This document shows positions 53,944 through 64,000 of a DNA stretch of 64,000 bases, one piece after another; the stretch's first letter is position 1, and every line of letters starts with the position of its first letter. The notes beneath the pieces are model-generated. The model made no database searches. It was not told the DNA's origin and saw nothing but the letters and a program-made list of their open reading frames with translations. The stretch lies in the NCBI RefSeq assembly GCF_009914755.1, contig NC_060940.1. One strand, written 5' to 3'. This stretch comes from the human T2T-CHM13v2.0 reference genome, Homo sapiens. A program made the translations under genes and the position numbers.

Positions 53944-54522
53944 TGAAACCATCCCCACAGAGTTGACAAGAATTGCATGCCAGCTTCTAGACAGAAATAG
54001 AGTTAGAATTAAGCATTTATCAGGCTGTACTTTGGCCCACTTCCTTGTTGCTAAAAGTCATGTAGCACTAGATCTTGACCATTGCAACCCCATTGTTGCT
54101 ATAGATAGGGTTTGTGACACTGGGATCCTAAGACTGTTTGAGAATTGATTTGCATCCTCATTGTTCCTACAGGCAAGATCTCTGACATTAGAATCATAAG
54201 ACTTTTGCTTAAAGATTGCTTAAGATGTTTTTGGACCCCGAATTCCAGCAACCAGTTTGGAGACCCTTCCAGAGGAACGGGATCAGCATGAGAACACGGC
54301 CTCATCCTCTCCCAGTCCCATGACTTCACCTGCACTTTTCAACCAACCGGCCCACTACAAAATCCTTAAAACCCCAACTCCAAACTCCTCCAGAGATGGA
54401 TCTGAGGTTTCCTCTCATCTCACTCGGTGACCCTATGACTAAATCTCTTTCTCTGCTGCAACCCGGTGTTTCAGTATATTGATTTGCTGTGTACATCACG
54501 CAACAAAGCTGTTCCGGTTACA
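53944..54522 (+). mobile_element. ERV1 solo LTR (LTR26-like), full length, inserted in a MER5 element
   Basis: TGAAACC..CCCACAG.GTTGACAAGAATTGCATGCCAG start and ...GGTTACA end; 4-bp flanks attc/gttc. Confidence 0.75.
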
Positions 54523-57259
54523 GTTCTACTGCAGCTTGCTAGTCCCCAGACATTTGTAACTAGTAGGCAAGAAAGCCTCTCAAAACCTGTCCAGTTCTGA
54601 CATCCGGGGATTTCCAAGTGATGCCCACACCAAGTCCACATGAGCTCCTCCCCCTCCCCCACTCCCCACCTGCCAGGCTGGCCTCTTTGTTCTACTGAGA
54701 TGATACCAGATAGACTTGCCCTGGCAGCTCCCATTGCCTCATCCCCCTCCAGAAAGCACCAGGTAATTTGTGTCAGATTTTATTCTCATCTCTTTATCTT
54801 TCCCTTCCATCTCTGGGTTTTTTTGGGGGCAAACTCCTGAATCTCACCTTTAGATCACAGTAGTCCCATGCTGTGCAAATTACATGGGGACTTGCTCACA
54901 CCAGTTGGGGCCCACCACCTTCTCAAGGAGCTGCACACTTTAATCAAGGTGCAAGGTACAGCTCAGCCATTTCCGTAGCTGGAGAGAGACAATGGGTCCA
55001 GCGACTGGCGGGCTGCAAATGCCAGGAAAGGGAGAAGGCACTCTGGCACCACAACAAGCACAAATGGCAGTATTTGCCAAGCCCAGAGTCTTCCCCTTTG
55101 GACAGACAAGCAGCCCTGGGAGGGATCATAGCTCAATCATGTAGCGACAGCTACCCTTTCAGAGTGCAGAAGCTTCTGCCACACTGTTTTGATGGTGGTG
55201 TGGGGAGTGGGAAGAACCCTGCAGGGAGCATAGGCTGTACTCGGAGCCTCAGTTTGCAATCACACCCCATGATCTGCCCACATCATGGACACATATGAAA
55301 GCAAAAGAGAAAAAGATGGAAATGTGATCAAACCGTCCACATGGTGCTCATGCTAACTTATCTCACCTCCCCAGTCAAGTTGTACCCCCACTGACCACAG
55401 CCCAGTAGTGCGAACAGATGGCTATTTGCACAGTTACTTGGGCACTTGTTATTTCTATCCCAGTGAAGTGCACTTCCCAAGGACAGGTGGTCCTCACGTT
55501 GTTCATCTATGTTCTCCCTGAATATATCAGGCAGTGAGGAAAAAGTGACTGAGGACAAGGCTGAAAGTCAATGGTCCTGCCGGCTGACTTTCTTCCGGGG
55601 TGACTGACTATGGTTCCAAAGTCCCGCATCTCACTCTCAGCACCCATGAAGCGGACACCCTGTATTCAAGGAAAATTGACTTTGGATTGAGTTCATACAA
55701 AACCAGAGAGTGGGGAGCAATGTTTCTCAGAACTCAAGTGAAAAAAACATAATGTAGTTAATATTAAATAAGGAGATTGGGCAACCCTGTCCCCCCGTTT
55801 CTTTTTCATGGTTTGTGCTGATGTGTCCTTGATCAGGGCCTGTTTTTCTTATGATTAATGAATGACTCACCTTGAGCTGCTTTCTGCGTATTCCATACTC
55901 ATTATGAATTTGAAGCAGTCATGTCAAACTTGGCACCCAAAAGAAATGCTCAGGAATTTAGGGAAAAAATGTTGATAGCTCAGAAGCCTTTCAGGGGTAA
56001 AAGGATGTTGGGAGAGCACTTTCCCAGCCTGCAAGTTCCCAACTATGATCTCTAAGTTTGCAATTATCCCAAAGCCATGAACTTATTGGATGTGTATCAT
56101 ATGCCAGGTACTGTTCTGTCCTCACAGAAGGCTTGAAATAAATAAATGCAGTCACCATCAACATGCACACACAAACAAGTCACATTTTAGCTTGAGCCCT
56201 TGTTCTGCCTGAAACTCTACTTTCTGAGTGAGCTTGGCAAGTTTCTTCCCTTCTGTGGCCTCAGTTTTTCCTCCTGTATAATGGGGCTTTCTCTAAGGTT
56301 CTTCCAGCTCTTCTATGCCCAGATTTCCTGAGCTGAAAGAATAAACAGAAGATGTTCTAGGTGTGGGCAGAGCTGGGCTGGCTCTCCTGCTGCTGCTGAT
56401 CCCTTACCACTAGGCCCTGAGGGGACCCCATGAGTTTCCATCAGGACAGTCAGGGAATTGGATTAGATGGACATGAGATGGAATCTGGCCCACCAGGTGC
56501 TTTGTATTTTGTTCAGCATTAAAGGTAATGATGACCGAATGCATCCAGTCTCCAAGTGGGTCCATAGGCCAACCACTCACTGGAGGCCAAACACTACTTT
56601 GTCCAGTCACCCATACTGCTTACCTGTCTGGTCCTGAGTGTGTGATCCCGGATTAGCCATCTCTTTGAGTCCTCACTTCTCTATCATTTTGTGGTTCTAA
56701 GAAAGGGTAGAGAGAGGTGTCAGATCTGGCATTGCCCTCCCTGCCAGAATGAAGGTCTGGATTCCTAGTGGAGTACCTGCAGGGCACCTCTCCAGCTGTC
56801 AGGTCCTCCTGTCTGTGGTCTCCACTCACCAAAGCTCAGGGGTACTCAGCAGCTCCCAGCCACCTTGCTCATCTCCTACCTGCCTGCTCTGGAGGACTGC
56901 ACAGCCCGGGGACATGGAAAAAACCTGAGTTCGGAATGAATGGTGAGCAGTCATCCCTGCTTTTCCAATGGACCTTCAAACTGGCTTCTTTAGGGCAGAG
57001 GCTGGGCACAGGGATCCCTGAGGCCTGATGCAGGTGTGCAGCGAGGCTGGAGCCAGTCTCCAGATGCAGCGTTGGAACATTGCTCTTCCATCCCTGCTCC
57101 AGAGCCCCCTTGATCTTATATAAGCCTCAGGGCTTCTGTCTTCCTATCTGCTATAGGAGGGGCTTAAAATTGACCCACTCATTCATTCCTCTAACAGTCC
57201 TGGAGTCTGAGTGTCAAGGTAGGAGGGGCCTTGAAAGTCCTTTGGCTAAAAACACTCTT

Positions 57260-57572
57260 TTTTTTTTTTTTTTTTTTTTTTTTGAGACGGAGTCTCGCTC
57301 TGTCGCCCAGGCTGGAGTGCAGTGGCGGGATCTCGGCTCACTGCAAGCTCCGCCTCCCGGGTTCACGCCATTCTCCTGCCTCCCTCAGCCTCCCAAGTAG
57401 CTGGGACTACAGGCGCCCGCCACTACACCCGGCTAATTTTTTGTATTTTTTTTTAGTAGAAACGGGGTTTCACCGTTTTAGCCGGGATGGTCTCGATCTC
57501 CTGACCTCGGGATCCGCCCGCCTCGGCCTCCCAAAGTGCTGGGATTACAGGCGTGAGCCACCGCGCCCGGCC
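57260..57572 (-). mobile_element. AluYa5 with perfect 16-bp TSD
   Basis: Ya5 diagnostics present (ATCCCGGCTAAAACGG, GTAGTGG, CTACTTGGG, GATCCCGCC); T26 run; TSD ggctaaaaacactctt at 57244-57259 and 57573-57588. Confidence 0.93.
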
Positions 57573-58150
57573 GGCTAAAAACACTCTTATCCTGGAGGAC
57601 CTAACACACCCCGCTGAGTGCCCACACAACTCCAGCTTATTTATTAAGTGCCTACCATGTGCCAGGCAGGGGCAAGACACTTGGACTAAGAAGTTCCTGC
57701 CTTTTAGGATTTAAATTGCAAATGATTACCAAAGGCAAAAATCTATGTGATGTCAGGGAGAGGCATTCTGTATAGGACTGAAGTTTCGGAGAAGAGAAGA
57801 GCTCCATCTTCTTGGCAGATCAAGGCTGTGGCATTTGAGGGATGGGTTTTCTGGTGTAGGTAGGGAATGACCTGAGCAAACGTGTGGAGGCAGCCCTATG
57901 CCCAGTGTTTGCCTGGAAGGGTGAAGAGTTCAGTCTGGCTGGAGCCCAGGATGTTTGGAGTGGGTGTTGCGAGGCAGCTGAAAGGTGATTTAGGGACCCG
58001 AGGACTTGCATAATAATCTGCTGAATGAATACAACACACTCCAGTTTCCTAAGTTCTTCGCAGACATTCTCTCATTTGATTTCTGAGGCAAGACTGTGGG
58101 ATTTGGGGCTGGGCTGGCTCTCCAGTGGAAAGGATTCCCTAGAACCACAA

Positions 58151-58590
58151 GACTGATGGTTCCTGGAGCCAGGCTGGCTCCTGCATGTTCAGGACTGATG
58201 GTTCCTGGAGCCAGGCTGGCTCCTGCATGTTCAGGACTGATGGTTCCTGGAGCCAGGCTGGCTCCTGCATGTTCAGGACTGATGGTTCCTGGAGCCAGGC
58301 TGGCTCCTGCATGTTCAGGACTGATGGTTCCTGGAGCCAGGCTGGCTCCTGCATGTTCAGGACTGATGGTTCCTGGAGCCAGGCTGGCTCCTGCATGTTC
58401 AGGACTGATGGTTCCTGGAGCCAGGCTGGCTCCTGCATGTTCAGGACTGATGGTTCCTGGAGCCAGGCTGGCTCCTGCATGTTCAGGACTGATGGTTCCT
58501 GGAGCCAGGCTGGCTCCTGCATGTTCAGGACTGATGGTTCCTGGAGCCAGGCTGGCTCCTGCATGTTCAGGACTGATGGTTCCTGGAGCC
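58151..58590. repeat. 42-bp VNTR, 10 identical units plus a 20-bp partial
   Basis: Unit GACTGATGGTTCCTGGAGCCAGGCTGGCTCCTGCATGTTCAG repeats every 42 bp from 58151 to 58571. Confidence 0.98.
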
Positions 58591-58605
58591 TAGGGGCTGC
58601 CATAA

Positions 58606-58982
<377 letters not shown>

Positions 58983-59212
58983 TGAAGACTCTAAGGAACA
59001 ATCCTTCCCTGCCTCCTCCCACTTCCATTGCATGCTGGCAATCTATGCATTTCTTGGCTTGCAGCTGCATTGCTACAGTCTCTGCCTCGGTCATCACATG
59101 AATTTTTTTTCCTCCTCTGTGGCTGTCTCTGTATGTCCTCTTCTCTTCTTTTAAGGACACCTCATATTGGATTTAGGACCCACCCTCAACCAGAATGACC
59201 TCATCTTAACTA

Positions 59213-60183
<971 letters not shown>

Positions 60184-61599
60184 TCACATTTCCAAAGGCC
60201 CTGAAATAGGATAAGTTCCCATTCTGAGGTTCCAGATGGTCATGAATTTTGGGGGGACATTATTCAACCCAGTCTAGACTCCAATTTTAGGCTCTGTCTC
60301 CGTTACACCAGTAATTTTCTGAACTGGCCAATCATCCAAGTCTCCCTGGGACCTTGTTAAGAATGCAGAGTTTTAGGGCTCACACCCAAGATTATAATTC
60401 AATCAGTTCGGAAAATGCAATTGAAATCTACATTTTCACAAAACCCTGGTCAGTGTGATGACTGCTACTCCAGCCTGGGGACCCCTAGATGTCACTTACT
60501 CCTCTCTGGACTTCAGTGTCTCTTTCTGTTTCCAATTCCTGCAAGAGAAGGACACAGGAACAACCCTCTCTCCTGGGGACTCTTGGGGCTCAGCCTCACC
60601 CACTGAGTTTATGATGAGGAGGAGATTCTAACAGTCCTTTGGACCCCACTTCAGTCATAAATGGACATAAAATTATGAGCTCAAGGATCTCAAGCCTCCC
60701 AAGCCAGTCCTGCTATCTCCGGACAGTTGATGGCCTCGTTTTTGCCAGGGTAGGTTCTATAGGAAGTGTAACCTGTGCTGAATTCCTCCAGGGGAATCTT
60801 GGGTGCCAACCATGAGAAACGCAGCAGCAAGTGCTCCAGCTCTGTGACAGGGATCCGGTGTACCAGTCTCAACTGAGCAAGCCCCTAGCTCTTGCTGAAC
60901 TGGCGTTTATTTCTGTAATATGAACATATTGATACTAGCTGTCACAGAGGGTTTTGTGAGGATTAAATTAGAAAATGCCATAAAATCTCCTTGGCAGCAT
61001 CATGAGCTTGGGATAAAGGTTAAGCACTGGCAGCAGTACCATATTCTTAAATATCTGTATCTTCACATTGCTCTATTTTTTTCCCAATGTACTTTTGTGT
61101 TTATTTTCTCATTTGGTTCTCTTGGGAACCCTATGAAACAGGCAAGTTGGCATTTTCTTATCTGAATACCACCTCTTCCCCGCATTTTAACTTTCTGGAT
61201 TCATTTCCTGAAACCAAAAGAATTTGTAAAAAAGAAAGACCTCTGGAGGAATCAAAGGAGATTGCAACTAATTCACAAATGCCCCTTCTTGCTTAGAAAC
61301 TCTTGACTCTCACTTTACACCCAATTTTAACAAGAACTGTTTCATGTTAAAAGTAATTAGAAGTGGTTCCTTAGAGATGAATTGGTGTTAGGTGAAGGTT
61401 CCTCAATGACAGCAGCAAGGAAGGACAACTGAATATGGAGGCAGGGGAGAGGGAGATCATGCTTCAAAAATAAGACAAAGTGACTCAAGAATGACTATGG
61501 GGCTTTTTTGTTTAAGGGTATGGAGTTTCAGGCTTGTGAATGACCACAAGGACCTCACTGCACAGTCACTTTTTGGAAGATGAGAACTTTGGAAATGGT

Positions 61600-61822
61600 G
61601 TAATTTTGGGAAGAGCATATGCCTTCAGTTAGGCTTACCTGGGATTGAACCCCACCCCTTCAGTGTCTTCAATACCAGCCCTGTGATCTTAGACAAGTTA
61701 ATCAACTTCACCAGAGCCTTTGTTTCTGCATCTGTACAATGGGAGAATAGTACCCATGAGGCAGAGTTAGATGATTGGAGGTAATGATGTTTGCAAAGCA
61801 TCTATCACAGTGCCTGGCACTA
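61600..61822 (+). mobile_element. MIR SINE
   Basis: tgtgatcttagacaagttaatcaacttc...ctgcatctgtacaatggga...gcaaagcatctatcacagtgcctggcac. Confidence 0.7.
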
Positions 61823-61917
61823 GCATTTTACAATGACATATTACATTAATATAATATTCAACAATTTCCAAAGCATTTCCACACATGCTGTCTCATTTGA
61901 TCCTCACAATAATCTTG

Positions 61918-62037
61918 TATCCATCCATCCACCCATCCATCTGTCTGTCCGTCCGTCCATCAGTCCATCTGTTCATCCATCCATCCATCCATCCATCTAT
62001 CCATCCATCCATCCATCTGTTCATCCTTTTATCTATC
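61918..62037. repeat. (TCCA)n-type microsatellite
   Basis: Direct reading. Confidence 0.9.
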
Positions 62038-62290
62038 CTGTGATTGGCACTGTCTAGTAATGCAGTTGTGAACAAAACACACAGTAAACCCCCACCCTTG
62101 AGAACTTAGCAACTGGTAGGAGAGACAGACCACAGACAGGTGAGGAATCAATTTAATAGTTATATGTAAGGTGCAAATTTTGTAACAGAACTAAACAGAA
62201 TGCTGAGAGAGGGAAAGAGATAATGAATGGGGAAACCCTAGTGAGAGAAAGTAGGCACAGATGGCCTGGCCAAGAGGATCATATTTAAGC

Positions 62291-62400
62291 CAAAATCAAG
62301 AAGGGGCAGCCTTCTTGATTGCAAAATCAAGAAGGGGCAGCCTTCTTGATTGCAAAATCAAGAAAAGGCAGCCTTCTTGATTGCAAAATCAAGAAAAGGG
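62291..62400. repeat. 31-bp self-complementary tandem repeat x3.5 within an L2 fragment
   Basis: Unit CAAAATCAAGAAGGGGCAGCCTTCTTGATTG at 62291 and 62322, variant unit at 62353, partial at 62384. Confidence 0.95.
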
Positions 62401-64000
62401 CATTTTAGGTAAAGGAAACATATCCAAAGGCCCTCCAGTGGAGAAGCTTGGATTATTGTATTCATTCATCACCCAGCTACTTAGAATCACTAAGGCATAG
62501 CTAGTCTGTGAGGCTTTTCTTTTCTTTTGTATCTGAGGAACCCAAGAAGTTACATGTGAGCTCAAGGTCATGGGCCAGGAAATAGACCACTCAGTACTTG
62601 AGCCCTGGCTATTGTTCCCTAGACAGGCCACTGCAGGAGATCAGGAGTGGCCTCTGAAGGCATCAAGATGCCTTCTATAATATTATAAGAGATTTCCATC
62701 GTTTGGCTAGAAAAAGATGAATTGGGGCATCTGTTGAGGATAAAAGATATCGTTGTCTGGTGTATTACCTGAAGGGTATAAATGTCCCCCTCCTGATCTC
62801 TCCCTGGTATATGATGTGTTGCTTTACAATTATCCCCTTGCGCATGCGGGAGAAGCTGAGGCCAGGAGAGACAAAGAAACTTGGCCCCATCACGTGGAGG
62901 GTTTCAGATGGGGTCCAACCCTGGCTTCCGGCTGCTTTTCTAGGATTGCCTCCTCCACTGATCAAGCGACAGCTTACCTGCCCCCTTCATGAGAATCCCA
63001 GAAGGCCAGCCCCAGTTGCCTCCTGTCTCCAACCAGTGTGGCTTTTATCACATGTTCCTTTGTTGGTTTTCCAACCCAGACCAAACCAGGTCACTTAGGT
63101 GTTAGTATGACAAAGTACAATGGCCTGCATTCGTGTCCTTTCTTCCAAGAACGATGCAACCAGGATTATTGATAAGCCAGGCTGCCTGTTGATCTTTGCT
63201 GATGCTAGTCATCCTGTGGTTTCTGACTTTTCACCAAAGTTGTCCAGAATGATTTGTGGTTTGGCCATTAATCTGTAACCAAGTATTTCCCTGCTGATTT
63301 GAAGAAAGCAATGAAACCTACTGTCTGTGCAAAGGGCTAACAGTAAAGCAACACATCAGTACATCACTTACTTGGCCAACATGCGGATGTCAGCTGCTCA
63401 CAGGAGCCTTTCCTAGTGTTTCCAGGGACCCTGCTTCTTTCCGAGAAGGGAGCCTTCAGGGACAAAGATGTAGGAAAGGAACAGTGGTAATGACCCCCAT
63501 CTGTTTTAGTCTAACTTAGCTCTTGCAGCAGATGAATGCCAAATTTTGTGTGTCCCTGACATGCCCGGCTGTGTTCCAAGGCAAGAGAGCAATGATGTCC
63601 TGACTTGTGGCCCAGTGGCGCATCCACAGGCTTGGCATGCCTTGGTCAAGCCATTGCACCTCTGTCAAAGCGGTTGCCCTAGGCCCATCACTGCAGACCC
63701 CAGATCCCCCGCCTCCTTTCTGACCAGAGAGCAGGGGGATGTGTAACTCTGACATCAACTCTGATTGGATCTGTACCCAGATCAATGGTGATTGTGGCTG
63801 TGGGTGAACGAGGTACTCCTGGGATGAAACTTTGGGCTCCTGGCCTCGCCTGCTCACAGGGGTTTCAGAGGCTGCCCTGCAGGGATCATTCTTCAGAGCT
63901 GCTCGGAGTTGAGCTTCGGACTCAGACAAACCTAGGGTGCTCTCTCTACCACGTGATGGTGAGTGAGTTACCCCTCCTTCTGGTGTCTCAGTTTCCTCAT

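Noticed and set aside
58151-58590. CRISPR-like array
   Set aside because: Units are contiguous and identical with no spacers; eukaryotic DNA with no cas genes

Overview
Primate, almost certainly human, non-coding genomic DNA (gene desert or large intron). I find no supportable protein-coding exon, RNA gene or CRISPR array, and I cannot name the locus. The six-frame ORFs are explained by repeats or by chance. Much of the window is interspersed repeat: old L1M/L1ME and an L1PA/PB 3' end, 13 Alus including one AluYa5 with a perfect 16-bp TSD, MIR/L2, MaLR/ERVL/ERV1 solo LTRs, a decayed ERVL gag/pol remnant, a probable mammalian Gypsy LTR plus gag remnant, and hAT/Tigger MITEs. Repeat subfamily names are recalled from consensus sequences, not from a search, and most repeat boundaries are approximate. 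Non-repeat highlights: a near-consensus CTCF site next to a G-quadruplex-type 19-bp minisatellite (14.0 kb), a small CpG/GC-box-rich promoter-like island (9.5-9.9 kb), several homeobox/GATA-motif-dense enhancer-like blocks (40.6-41.3 kb, 47.1-48.3 kb and others), a perfect 42-bp VNTR, a tiny orphan poly(A) retro-insertion with TSD inside an L1, and several fold-back or template-switch scars. No novel multi-gene system is evident; the best candidates for something undescribed are regulatory or mutational-mechanism features.
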